From an uncultured Candidatus Saccharibacteria bacterium (GTDB lineage: Bacteria > Patescibacteriota > Minisyncoccia > Phycocordibacterales > SIBU01), in NCBI GenBank assembly GCA_964355335.1, contig CAYHDB010000004.1, forward strand, positions 1 through 47,960: a stretch of 47,960 bases of DNA, read 5' to 3'. Shown piece by piece: positions 35,952 through 46,900 of the stretch (positions within the stretch are counted from its first letter, which is position 1; every line of letters begins with the position of its first letter). The translations under genes were made by a program, and so were the position numbers. Below the pieces are notes generated by a model that saw only the letters and a list, made by a program, of their open reading frames with translations, was not told the origin of the DNA and ran no database searches.

Positions 35952-36866
35952 TCAACCGTTCAAAAAGTGGCTTCCCACAATGATAATCGCTATGGCACAC
36001 ACCTTTTGAAGAATATCTCTTCGTGTGATTTTTTCCTGGGCAATCCTTGGAAACAACAAAGTAAGCAAAACACCGATAACGAATACAAACCCTGGCTGAT
36101 AGGAGCTCACCACAAGCACAAGAGCGATCGGCACAGAAAGCGCGACGAAGGTGGTAATTATGTTACCGACAAACGTGAGAATCTCACTTCCCAAATTAAG
36201 GGAGAGTATCCATCGTGAGTTCGTTCGCAATAATTTCATAAACTCCTCCCTGTATCTGCCGACAAACACAAAAAGTACTGCTCCAAAAATAATAAGTCCA
36301 ACATGCTCCCAAAAGGTAGAGACCCAGAAATCCTCGGAAACTGCCACAAACTTAAAAAGTACCTCGTAAAATGCGAAGGTCAGAGAGGACAGAGCCATAA
36401 GAACCGCTATCCTCCACTTAAATCGGTATTTCGCGCTTTGATTTAAATCAATCGACAAGACGAGGGCACCTGCAACGATCAACAAACCGGCTAAAATCTG
36501 CTCAAGAGTCAATGATTCGTCGAGAAAAATATAACCCAAAAGATAACCAAAAACGGGTACCAATTGCCAAAACGGAACCACTACCGTAGCTTCCTCATCT
36601 CGAAGAGCAAGTAAATACAAAAATATTGCTACCGATCCCAGCAATCCTGACACAATAAGAATACCTATGTCCGCAAATGAAACGCTGAGCAATGAGGAAT
36701 TATTGTATAGGGCAACGGGAAGCACAAGAATTCCGGACAGCGTGGAAAAAATCATAAGAGCTCCCACTCCCCCATGCTTGAAATACTTAGACAACAAGTA
36801 TTTGTCTGTGTGATTTACAATCGCCCACAAAAACGGAGCGACAAGTGCGATAAAAAACCAACTCAT
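35952..36866 (-). CDS. DMT/EamA family transporter
   Basis: About 10 hydrophobic helices in two repeats; DKY, EEATVVVP and GYIFLDESLT motifs. Confidence 0.85.
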   Translation of the reverse strand: MSWFFIALVAPFLWAIVNHTDKYLLSKYFKHGGVGALMIFSTLSGILVLPVALYNNSSLLSVSFADIGILIVSGLLGSVAIFLYLLALRDEEATVVVPFWQLVPVFGYLLGYIFLDESLTLEQILAGLLIVAGALVLSIDLNQSAKYRFKWRIAVLMALSSLTFAFYEVLFKFVAVSEDFWVSTFWEHVGLIIFGAVLFVFVGRYREEFMKLLRTNSRWILSLNLGSEILTFVGNIITTFVALSVPIALVLVVSSYQPGFVFVIGVLLTLLFPRIAQEKITRRDILQKVCAIAIIIVGSHFLNG

Positions 36867-36980
36867 GGAGCTAATTTTACCACAAACTCGCCTTATTGAA
36901 TTTGACACTTCTTTGATGTATCTTCATAACAGAAACATCCGTTCGGGTGAACGGTATGTGAAAAAGGCAAGAACGTTGAA

Positions 36981-39485
36981 ATGGAAAAGTGTCTGACTAT
37001 GAGAATTACTACAACTCTACTTGTCGCGATTTTTATCGTGACAAACTTCAGCAAAATCGGGACAGCAAAGGCAAGTGATGCCCTAAATAATATGGTGCAG
37101 ATCCCCGCAGGTGAATTCGTTATGGGAAATACGTTTAATCGTTTCAACCCTTTCGTACGTACAGTATATGTAGGTGAGTTTTACGTGGACAAATACGAGG
37201 TAACGAAGGCGTTGTGGGACGAGGTATACCAGTGGGCAACCAGTCATGAATACAAGTTTGATAACAGAGGTGTCGGGAAAGACTTAAACCACCCTGTATA
37301 TGGAATGAACTGGTACGACATGGTGAAGTGGTGCAACGCGAGAAGCGAAAAGGAAGGATATGTACCTTCGTATTACACAGATACAAGCCTGTCTATTCCC
37401 TATCGAACCGGCAACATTGACACCAAAAATAATTGGGTAAAGTGGGATGCGGGTTATCGGTTACCTACGGAAGCGGAATGGGAAAAGGCGGCTCGAGGTG
37501 GTTTGAACGGTAAACGTTTCCCCTGGGGAGACACAATCAGCCACAGTCAAGCAAATTACTTCAGTTCTGCAACCCTTTTTTATGACATTAGTCCGACACG
37601 AGGATTACACCCTAAGTTCAAAAGTGGCATCTACCCATATACAAATCCTGTGGGTTATTTCGCACCAAATGGGTATGGTCTATACGATGTGACGGGGAAT
37701 GTCTGGGAATGGTGCTGGGATTGGTATGTTGAAATTAACTTTGACTCATCCCCTGCAAATAACCCTCGAGGACCAACGACGGGAAAGGGTCGGACACTAC
37801 GCGGTGGTAGTCTTGGCGGTGATGCCTGGGGTAACGGAGTAGGTTTTCGCAACGGAGACGGGCCATATACCATGACATATAGTGAAGTTGGCTTCCGAAC
37901 TGTCTTGTCAGCGAAAACAACCACATCGATAACACCGATACCTGATCCAGTTCAGATAATCAAAGCACAGCCCGTGCAACCAACTTACTCCAAACCGCCT
38001 GAAAAGGAGGGTGGTAAGGATAGTTTGGTGATAGTCACACACGGATGGAAACCAGATATCACATGGGTTGAAACAATGACAAACGTCATTACAGACTACC
38101 TTACTGCTAACAGACTCAGTAACTGGCAAGTCAGTGCGTACAAGTGGGCGGAGAAGGCTCAAACACCTCTACCATTGGGGCCAGAAATAACTCTGTCCAA
38201 AGCCGAGCAAGAAGGCGCAAGTCTTGGTGACTTCATCGCAACAAAAGAATGGAAACATGTCCATCTTATTGCACATAGTGCGGGGGCTCCATTAATCGAA
38301 AAAGTTGCAGAAAAAATCAAAGACAAATGGGCCAGCAATACAGCAGTTCACCTCACCTTTCTTGACCCTTATGTCGGATTGGTCTACGGCGGGAGAAACA
38401 AGTATGGTGTGCATGCCGACTGGGCAGATAACTACTTCTCAAGGGACTTGGGGACAAGCGGGGAGACTTTCACACTTACAGAGGGAGCCTTAAAATACGC
38501 TTTCAATGTGGATGTGACGTTTCTAGATAAAAGCAAAACCAAGGGGGATGTTTACCGTTCTTCCTCCGGTTCCATCGTCCAACAATGTCAGGAAGCAATC
38601 ACCACTCACGATTGGCCGTATGAGTTTTATACTCAGACGATTCCGCCAAGCGTATTACTTGGCGCGGAAAACTTCGGTTTTTCGTTGAGCAAAGTAGGTG
38701 GGGGTTGGAACCCTGTGAGCATTCAACACAAAGCAGGAAACGATCCGTCGTTTATCCTGGGTAATTCTGACCCTTCCTGTCTTCCCTCCCTCTATGAAAC
38801 AACCCCTGCATACGTTGGTGACCAAATGAATTTTTCCACAATTCCGACAATATCAAGTCCGACCGGGATAATTCAGAAAAATGATTTTGGTGTCAACCTC
38901 ATCAGTATTATGCAGGGAGTAAAACTTCAATCACTTACTCACAGTAAGCTTTCCACACCCGTCTCATCAGTGGGACCGGCATGGCTTGCGTCAACAATAA
39001 CGGTCACCAACGCGGTCAATTTTCTTTCCTTTGATTCCCGCTTCTTAAGCGACACAGGAGCAGAAGGGTTACTGTCGGTATATTGGGATACGAATGTCGT
39101 TGGAACCATCGACGAAAGAACGGCATCGTCTGGAATTCGTCAGTACACATTCCCTATTCCTAAAGTCACGAATGGCATCGGAACACTTGGGTTTCGTTTG
39201 GATTCCTTCACCAACACCACATCAAGCGTAACAGTTACAAACGTTTCGCTCGGCTTTGTGGGAATGAGAGAACAATTCTCATTGTCATTTGCCGGTTCGG
39301 GACCAGATGGATTGCCGACGCTTCAGTTAACAGGTCAAAAAGACTTCAACTACACAGTTGAGACCTCCACTAACTTTGTTGACTGGAAAGTGTTTGCGAT
39401 TCTGGTCAATACCAACGGTGTCGTGCGATTTAACACGGCACCAAACAACACAACTGCTCATTTCTACAGAGCCGTTGTGCCCTAG
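36981..39485 (+). CDS. Secreted FGE-sulfatase (SUMF1) domain protein fused to an alpha/beta-hydrolase-like domain
   Basis: Signal peptide; IPAGEFVMG, YEVT, YRLPTEAEWEKAARGG, NGYGLYDVTGNVWEW and RGGS..GFR; then VTHGW, HLIAHSAG and LTFLDP. Confidence 0.85.
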   Translation: MEKCLTMRITTTLLVAIFIVTNFSKIGTAKASDALNNMVQIPAGEFVMGNTFNRFNPFVRTVYVGEFYVDKYEVTKALWDEVYQWATSHEYKFDNRGVGKDLNHPVYGMNWYDMVKWCNARSEKEGYVPSYYTDTSLSIPYRTGNIDTKNNWVKWDAGYRLPTEAEWEKAARGGLNGKRFPWGDTISHSQANYFSSATLFYDISPTRGLHPKFKSGIYPYTNPVGYFAPNGYGLYDVTGNVWEWCWDWYVEINFDSSPANNPRGPTTGKGRTLRGGSLGGDAWGNGVGFRNGDGPYTMTYSEVGFRTVLSAKTTTSITPIPDPVQIIKAQPVQPTYSKPPEKEGGKDSLVIVTHGWKPDITWVETMTNVITDYLTANRLSNWQVSAYKWAEKAQTPLPLGPEITLSKAEQEGASLGDFIATKEWKHVHLIAHSAGAPLIEKVAEKIKDKWASNTAVHLTFLDPYVGLVYGGRNKYGVHADWADNYFSRDLGTSGETFTLTEGALKYAFNVDVTFLDKSKTKGDVYRSSSGSIVQQCQEAITTHDWPYEFYTQTIPPSVLLGAENFGFSLSKVGGGWNPVSIQHKAGNDPSFILGNSDPSCLPSLYETTPAYVGDQMNFSTIPTISSPTGIIQKNDFGVNLISIMQGVKLQSLTHSKLSTPVSSVGPAWLASTITVTNAVNFLSFDSRFLSDTGAEGLLSVYWDTNVVGTIDERTASSGIRQYTFPIPKVTNGIGTLGFRLDSFTNTTSSVTVTNVSLGFVGMREQFSLSFAGSGPDGLPTLQLTGQKDFNYTVETSTNFVDWKVFAILVNTNGVVRFNTAPNNTTAHFYRAVVP

Positions 39486-39516
39486 TTCTTCGTAAAATTA
39501 GTTCGTAAGAGCCACT

Positions 39517-39831
39517 TCACTGTTGGCTCTTTTTTATTTTTATATAACCTACCAGAGCGCCGACAAGGGAACCAACGAGAAACCATATTATGATGCCAAT
39601 CGACAAGTAAACAACTGATGGCAACTCAAAAATCCAAAGTGACCCAGGTAGTGTAAATAAAAAAGGTATCCAAGGTATAGAAAATGGAAAACATTCGAGT
39701 CCCAAACCACCATATCCTTGAGTTACAAATAAAAATCCGCACAAACGGCTTAGTATGGCCGACACTAATGCAACCCCTCCCCCAATCACTCCCCCACGAA
39801 GCCAATACGGCCAATGTTTCCAAGATTTCAT
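39517..39831 (-). CDS. Small membrane protein
   Basis: Two to three hydrophobic segments; upstream TATAAT and an ATG start. Confidence 0.65.
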   Translation of the reverse strand: MKSWKHWPYWLRGGVIGGGVALVSAILSRLCGFLFVTQGYGGLGLECFPFSIPWIPFLFTLPGSLWIFELPSVVYLSIGIIIWFLVGSLVGALVGYIKIKKSQQ

Positions 39832-40024
39832 ATGGATAAATTATACACCTCTTTTCCTAAAATCCTCGGATTTCAAAAACAACACGACGAACTCCCTGTT
39901 ACAACCCAACTAAGGCGATAGCTTGGGTTAGGTCACAACCTAAACTTATCCGGATACGATTATTTCACCGCATCAAGCTCATTCGGTTATTCGTGGCCAT
40001 CTGTCCGTGGGGTGACTGGTGGTA

Positions 40025-40351
40025 TTACAGTTTCAACATCTTCCTAATCTCCTGCCCCACTGACTTGATTTCATTTGCCGAGAGAAAACCGATTCTCTTT
40101 TCCAGTCTTTTAGCGTCAATGGCTCTCAACTGAAAAATCATAGCTATTGAGATGGAGGATAAGTTGTTTGAAACGGTTGGTTGAAACTGAATTGTATGTG
40201 CAAATCGCAACGCTTTAACGTTAGAGGTAAAAGGAACAACCACAACAACGTTAGCAACGACACCGGAAACGACAACTGCCGGCCGTATTCCCGACTGTTC
40301 ATGCCCATTTGAATCTCCAGAGTTAATTATCCAAATCTCACCCTTCTTCAT
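40025..40351 (-). CDS. PemK/MazF family toxin
   Basis: KKGEIW, GHEQSGIRPAVVVS, VVPFTS and QLRAID..RL..RIG. Confidence 0.92.
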   Translation of the reverse strand: MKKGEIWIINSGDSNGHEQSGIRPAVVVSGVVANVVVVVPFTSNVKALRFAHTIQFQPTVSNNLSSISIAMIFQLRAIDAKRLEKRIGFLSANEIKSVGQEIRKMLKL

Positions 40352-40353
40352 GA

Positions 40354-40548
40354 CTACAGGCTACTTTTAGCTAGCGCCTCATCACTTAAATAGTCCCAAA
40401 ATTCAATTTCTTTTTTGAACTCCATCTCTCCTTTGATGGCGTCCAGGTAAAACAGGGATGCTCTTTCAAGAATATCCTTTTCCTCAACACCTAGAACCTT
40501 TGAGGCATTCTTTATGCTAGTTCTTGTTCTTTTAGTCAACATTTCCAT
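40354..40548 (-). CDS. Putative antitoxin
   Basis: Small ORF ending 2 nt before the toxin start; acidic C-terminus WDYLSDEAL. Confidence 0.65.
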   Translation of the reverse strand: MEMLTKRTRTSIKNASKVLGVEEKDILERASLFYLDAIKGEMEFKKEIEFWDYLSDEALAKSSL

Positions 40549-40607
40549 ATGCGTCCATAATACCAAAATTGTCACTTTTTACAAATTTTACCTCAACTCA
40601 GAAATCC

Positions 40608-43600
40608 CTAAAAGTTCTGGAACTTCGGACGGCTGTCGTTTGTAAAGAGTTTGACGGTAGCGTCGTGACTCCTTCCTGCGACATCCGGACTAGCGTGAAC
40701 CGTGATTGTATATCCGTCAGCGGATACCGGTATGAAATTATCCGCCTTAATCACCATATCAAGTCCGTCCTTATACTCGTTCTTTTTAAGAACCGCGGTT
40801 GAACCTTGAGAAACTCCATTCTTATAAAACGTATAGAAAAGACTGGCATTAAACTCTTCAAACCTACCCGGGGCTGCGGTTATGGTTATATCCTTATCGA
40901 ACCATGTCATATCGTCAATTGTGATATGTACTTTATTCGACGAAGCCACGTTACCGACAAAGCTCATCGTCGCGGTCGGGCTGGCGATTATCTTGTAGTC
41001 ATCGTTGGAATTGTAAACAAGTACTTCGCAATTCGCAGTCACAGTTCTAGGGTCCGGTAATGTGGAGGAGTCAGTCACTGTGATAGTTCCGCTTTTAAAA
41101 CCTGGAACGTCCTTTGCAGGGTCATATGGCACTTTGGTTGTAAACGGCTTTGTCGGGTCAAAAGGTAAATACGGCTTACTATCAACCTGCCAGGCATAGT
41201 AATAATCAGGGGTGCCGGTATTGTTGGTTGAAGCCGTAAGTGTCAACGACTTCTTTCCATCAAGACCAGTCAAAACTTTTGAAACAGTACAAGAAACCGA
41301 CAGAGGTGTGCCTTGTGGTGGCGTCACAGTTTCCGGCCCTCCACAAACCACTGTTGTCGTTTTTGAGTCAGACACTAGAGTTGAATCAATTACTTTCACC
41401 GTCGCAACTTTTCTGTTTCTCTGAGTCACATTTGGATCATATGTTACAGATACAGATTTATCCGACAGAGAGGAAGCAGTACCTTGCATACCGTCACCGC
41501 TCCACAAATATGTAAATGGCGAAACTCCATCATTTACAGTCGCGGTCCATACGACTGTTTGAGCAGTAGCAAGATTGGCCAGATCCATAGGACTTGGGGA
41601 TGCAGAACAAGAAACAGAAGGTGGTATAGGTGGAGGAATAGGGGGAGCACAATTCGGAGGACAATTTGATGTGGCCGTAGATGGAGGTGGTGGAGCAAAG
41701 CGTATCGTCGTGCTTTCGGAACAATTGTTATATTCACCAATATGAGGAATGACGGTGGAATCGGAGGCATCGGAAACCTGAGTCTCATCAATCGCTCCGT
41801 GATAAGGCGCGTCATTTGGCGGAAAGTCTACACAATAACGGATTTTGTATGTTTCATTTGCTCCAACTTGCGAAGTCCGAGTTATTCCTACAGCGGTAGG
41901 CAGTTCCAACCTAGTACCAAGTCCTCCCGCCACCGTTGCAAAATTGGGGAAATCAACATAACTTTCATCAGACTCCGTCTCTCCCTTATGTTGGAACTTA
42001 ATATTGAACGGCCCGGCATTACCCCCTCCGACATTTTTAGGTATTGCTCTGAGCGTAATTATTTCCCCTGACCTGAAACTGTTATCCGAATTTCTTAGTC
42101 CATCAACTATTGGCGGAATTGTCGGCATCAAGTCCGGCTTTGGTGCCGGGTCCACTTTCACACTCACCTCACAAGATTTAGTTTCGACGGCATTTGATGA
42201 AGTCAGTCTATAACCATACTCGCCTATCGAGGAGACATCCCTGTATTTAATCTCTTCCACGCCCTGACGTGCATTGCCTGTAATGACACTGCCTCCTTCC
42301 GCTCTGCCCAACACAACCTTAAACAATTGCGCTGACGTCGCACTACCGGCAAACCACTGTATTTCAACTCCACTACCGAGATATGTGTTGGCTGTTTTGC
42401 CGTACACACCACCAAGAGGACGAATACTTATAACACACTCTGGTTTCTCAGTTTGTGTCGGGCGATTCACGTTTACCGTCACAGTATCGACAAGATTCCC
42501 GCAAGTGACTTTGTATGAGTAAGGGCTTCTACTATTCAGAAGTGGTCCGGCAGATTCATCTGTGCCGATTTTCTCGATAGACGCGGGAGTTTTCCAATCT
42601 GTCACGCACGAGGAAGTGCCATCGTAAGACCATTTCAAATCAACACGGTCTCCATCATTTACTGTCAGAGTCTCGTGAGAATATGGGTCAACGCCAGCTT
42701 TGCGAACTTGCAACAATAATTTTGCCGTCGGGGGTGGTGGAGGTGGCTTCGGTTTTAATCTTATAGTCGTGTTGCCCGAACAGTTGTTGTACTCCCCTAC
42801 ACGGTTCGTCTTGTCCACATTGTCATTTATATTTGTATAAGCACTTTGCTTCTCCACCACATTTCCCATGTAATCATTCGGTGGCATGTCCACGCAATAT
42901 CGGAAATCCCATACTTGCTCGCCAGTGACAGAAGCACTGATACTGTGAGTAGACGACGGTCTTTTCTCTGTCGGAACTTCCTTGCCACTAGTCAAAAGTG
43001 AAGCGACATCTGCAGAAACATCTCCGATACTCGATAAATCTTGGAATAAATCCTGAGACTGAGTGCTCAATTTTGCCTGGAACTTCACTCTGAAGGCCGT
43101 ACTTCCGACATCCCCGGGGCCGGCATTTTTCGGTTGAGCTTTGAGAGTGAGAGTTGTGCCGGGAATATAATATGTAACATTTGGCGTGACGGAAGTGTCG
43201 GTCCAAGTCGAACCTGACGGTCCGGAAATATCCGGGGTGTCGTTCGGCATAAGGTCGGGATGTGTTTCTACAGGAGGAGGCGTGACCACCGTCACATCCA
43301 CCGTATCTGTAACCTTTGTTCCTGCGGGGTCCGCAATATTCCAACACTCGATTGTGAATGAACGTCCAGCGGACAACAGGTCGGTCAAAGCGTCACCACT
43401 TAACGGCAAACTATTTTTGAACTCGCCCGACGCTGAATCGGCTTTCGGCTGACAAACAATGTTTCCACTATTTGTTCCAGTCGATTGGCCACCCGCCCCG
43501 CCCGTCACACTCTCTCCATTACCGGTGCCTGGAGAAGATATCTCGCCAATCGAACCAGTACGATTTTCCATAAACGGAATAGAACTGAAAGGCGTCAGTT

Positions 43601-43910
43601 GAAGTTGCTTTGTTCCTGTACTGTCAAAAATTGCATACTGATACTCTACTCCTGCGGTCAATCCACGGTCCGCAAGTGGAAGCGATTCCATAAATCCCTT
43701 CGCCACCTGAATCCAATTATTATCCTGTCCAGTCGCCCTCTTCAACATATATGTCACTCCCGCCTCCCCTCCCTCGTACTTCATAAGCAACTCCGTCTCT
43801 GAACTAGGTCGCACTCCAGCCACCACCCGTACATCGGCAAAAACAGACACAGCATTAAAGCAGAAAATCATAAGCCAGACGGAAATAATAATTTTTATTT
43901 TTTTACTCAT
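40608..43910 (-). CDS. Large secreted/surface protein with Ig-like (CARDB/PKD-like) repeats
   Basis: Signal peptide; Ser/Thr/Pro-rich; internal duplication PDLMP...PKN.G...F..KFQ...RYCVD.PPND...GEYNNCS..TTIR. Confidence 0.8.
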   Translation of the reverse strand: MSKKIKIIISVWLMIFCFNAVSVFADVRVVAGVRPSSETELLMKYEGGEAGVTYMLKRATGQDNNWIQVAKGFMESLPLADRGLTAGVEYQYAIFDSTGTKQLQLTPFSSIPFMENRTGSIGEISSPGTGNGESVTGGAGGQSTGTNSGNIVCQPKADSASGEFKNSLPLSGDALTDLLSAGRSFTIECWNIADPAGTKVTDTVDVTVVTPPPVETHPDLMPNDTPDISGPSGSTWTDTSVTPNVTYYIPGTTLTLKAQPKNAGPGDVGSTAFRVKFQAKLSTQSQDLFQDLSSIGDVSADVASLLTSGKEVPTEKRPSSTHSISASVTGEQVWDFRYCVDMPPNDYMGNVVEKQSAYTNINDNVDKTNRVGEYNNCSGNTTIRLKPKPPPPPPTAKLLLQVRKAGVDPYSHETLTVNDGDRVDLKWSYDGTSSCVTDWKTPASIEKIGTDESAGPLLNSRSPYSYKVTCGNLVDTVTVNVNRPTQTEKPECVISIRPLGGVYGKTANTYLGSGVEIQWFAGSATSAQLFKVVLGRAEGGSVITGNARQGVEEIKYRDVSSIGEYGYRLTSSNAVETKSCEVSVKVDPAPKPDLMPTIPPIVDGLRNSDNSFRSGEIITLRAIPKNVGGGNAGPFNIKFQHKGETESDESYVDFPNFATVAGGLGTRLELPTAVGITRTSQVGANETYKIRYCVDFPPNDAPYHGAIDETQVSDASDSTVIPHIGEYNNCSESTTIRFAPPPPSTATSNCPPNCAPPIPPPIPPSVSCSASPSPMDLANLATAQTVVWTATVNDGVSPFTYLWSGDGMQGTASSLSDKSVSVTYDPNVTQRNRKVATVKVIDSTLVSDSKTTTVVCGGPETVTPPQGTPLSVSCTVSKVLTGLDGKKSLTLTASTNNTGTPDYYYAWQVDSKPYLPFDPTKPFTTKVPYDPAKDVPGFKSGTITVTDSSTLPDPRTVTANCEVLVYNSNDDYKIIASPTATMSFVGNVASSNKVHITIDDMTWFDKDITITAAPGRFEEFNASLFYTFYKNGVSQGSTAVLKKNEYKDGLDMVIKADNFIPVSADGYTITVHASPDVAGRSHDATVKLFTNDSRPKFQNF

Positions 43911-43960
43911 ACGAATTGCGAATATCATCGAAAACAAAAAGTGACGCCTTTATCAAAATC

Positions 43961-46900
43961 CTATATCGGTATGTTGGCTGACGCGGATACGGGGATGTCA
44001 GGCTCGGCAACACGAAATACTCCACTGGATATTGTCGAACATCGGGAAGCGGAGGTGTCCGGACCAACACAGGAAAGCTCTAGGAAATAATTACCGGGAC
44101 GCAAACCCTGCGGAACTCCCCACGATTCGCTTCCGTCATTTGGTGTCGTAACGCCCTGCACAAGCTGACTAGTGAACAAAGTGGTAATGCTCCTGCTCTT
44201 CCTGAGCGACAAACGTATAGGTACATCATTCGGCAACAAATTACTCGTCCACCTTACAGTCATAAGTGTTCCTGCTTTGAAAACCTCTCCCTCCTTTGGA
44301 GCAATGATAAACGGTTCTTTGACTTGCACCGCGCGTTCAAACCCGATTATCTCCGGTGGTGCCTCTGGTTGGGGTGTTATTGGAACAATCGTTATGTTAG
44401 GCTGAGTCTTCCTTTCGGGAGGTAATGTATTACCCAAACGAGTATTCATTCTATCAATCTCCAAAGTAAGACTGCTCGTCTGTGACTCCGCACACTTCTC
44501 ACTCAAGCTTCCGAGCGAATTGGCCTTGTTGGCCCCAACCAACAATTCCTGCTCATTTTTAGGCACCACATACTCTACCCCGGCCTCCAAGGCTAGCTCA
44601 GGGGAATTGAAATGGAGGGAATATAAGTAGAATGACCTTCGGATAAACGACTTGAGACGAATGCGGTCTTCGTTCGGGACGTCAAAAGGAAATCGGTCAA
44701 CCGAAAGTAGTATCTTGTAAAGCTGTTTTTCATCTCCGAACATTTCGAGCCCAATTCTGCGATATGCCTGTAAATACTCTTTTCGTGCCTCCGGCAAAAG
44801 CTTATTGATATCGCTTCTCACTGCAGGTAGCCCGGGAGCATTACAGGTAAATGAAAAGTCATGGTCGTAGGAAATAGTAGTCCATTCGCCCGAAGCAGTC
44901 TGAGCATAATCCTCATTCCAAAACATAAAGTGGTCATAAAGATTCACAAAATCGGCAAGGATTCTATAACGAATAGCTGTTTCCTTTTCGAAAGAAATAT
45001 TTTTAGTTGCCCCATCTTTGGTGAACTTTAAATATGAAAGACGGTCTCCCTCCTTCCCCACAGACCAATACTGTTCCGATGCCAGCGCCTCGATGATCGG
45101 TAGTCTCAAATTAAACTGCTCAGTAAAAGGAATATCATCATCCTGTTCAGCCGTCCTCTGCAACATCATATATGGGTAAGACTTTGACTGGTCGAACGTG
45201 TTATCTGCGGATACAAACTTAAAGTTGGCAAAGCCCAACACATCGGGTGTCGGAATCCACGGTCGGAAAGTATCATAAACTACGAACTCCCGAAGAAGCA
45301 CGCTCGGAGCTTCAGGTGGCACAAGTGGCACAGGTTTCCTGTTTTTCAGGACTTCACAATCTGGCACAATGCGAATCTTCTGATAAAGAAGCTCGGTATA
45401 ATTTCTGTAAGTCGATCTGCCGTTAAAAAGGGGACGATCCTTTTCAAACGAAAGGTTGAGAACCGGCGGAATGCAGGTAGCACGGCTACGACTCTTCTTC
45501 TCGTACTTTATTCTCCAGGCCATACCTCGTGCCGACTCAAGAAGTTCCGGCTTCTTGTTCCCACTCAATTTTTCCACGTCCGCATCCAATGAATTACCTT
45601 TTGAATTTAAAATAAATGAGCGAATAGGTAATCTGGGGTCAGCTGGAATAACTCCTCTGTTTTTCAGATCCAACAAATAACTATCGTACCCATCTACAAC
45701 ACCGTCACCGTCCACATCGCCCGACTGTGTCACTTGTACTGATTTTCGCACCACTCCGGAACCTGAAGAAACAATAGTCGGCTGGACGGGTGCTCCCCCT
45801 TCATAATCTTCAGTGCGGATTTCCACAGAAGCGGTCCCAATAATTTTCCCGGAAGCATCCTTGCAGGAAATTGTGTAAATCGTCGAAGGAAAACGTGGTG
45901 TAACCTCAGTGGCACCGATACCAGCATCATTTATCCCGATTGTATCCCGCGCCCAGTTGCCGGTACATGTGGTGGCAGTCGTTGGGATTGTCCACGACAG
46001 CGTGACATTTTCTCCAAGTTCTATTGATAGCGGACCATCTGAGGTGTTGGCTTTTAAGTCAACCGACGAAGAGGTGTTCGAAGAAGATACCAAGCCAATT
46101 TTCAAAGACACTGGCATGGGTTGTCCGTCATACCAATTAACACCCATCGCGGGTGGTGTATCGCGCTCAAATATCACCTTATCACGAATAGCAGGCTTGG
46201 TCTGCGCGGATTGTTGCTTGGTGGACAATACATCAATAACAGAAGCAAGGAGACGATTGGGAGATACTGCGGAAGCAAGTACTACTGGTTTCACTATACT
46301 AAGACCAGCACACTCCGAAAAATATTCTGGTCCTGTTCCACCCTTGATCGCGGCAATAATATATCCACAACTCACCGCATTAAATCGTCTTGGGCGACCT
46401 AAATAACCCATAAGACTAAGCGGATGCGGGCGATAAACAGGCGTATGTGGTGTATCACTATTTGTCGTCACCTCTTTACCCGCCTTATATGCCTGCATAA
46501 GAGGGTCATCGGCGGGCAAGTTGATGATTCCTCCTGAATGGTTACATCCTTTTGTGTTGACGTTAGGTTTGTAACCGTACAACTTCCCTTCGTACATGAA
46601 ATCAGATAGTGGTGCGAATGAACAATTTTTGGATGCATTCACCGAATCAAAATCTGGAATGCCTCCCCCTCCATCCTCATCCAACAAATCCGCAAAGAGA
46701 TGACCAAACTCATGTATAACGGTGTCAACTCCCGCATTGGAACGCACCATAGTATTTCTACCTTTGGGAGACGCGATTCCATTAATTTCTAAGCCCCCTA
46801 GAAGCGTCTTCACATTAGCGTAGAGTATGTAGTTGTAAGTGGTATAGGCATAATCCCCTTTATGCAGTCTACATGAGGAATCAGAACGAATCCTATCCAT

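Noticed and set aside
37790-37910. FGE-sulfatase C-terminal region as a diversity-generating retroelement variable region
   Set aside because: No reverse transcriptase, avd or template-repeat copy is present in the window, and the domain is not at the protein C-terminus.
39860-40020. Possible ncRNA between the toxin and the membrane-protein gene
   Set aside because: Only one modest hairpin (AACCCAA...TTGGGTT) and no recognisable motif; insufficient support.
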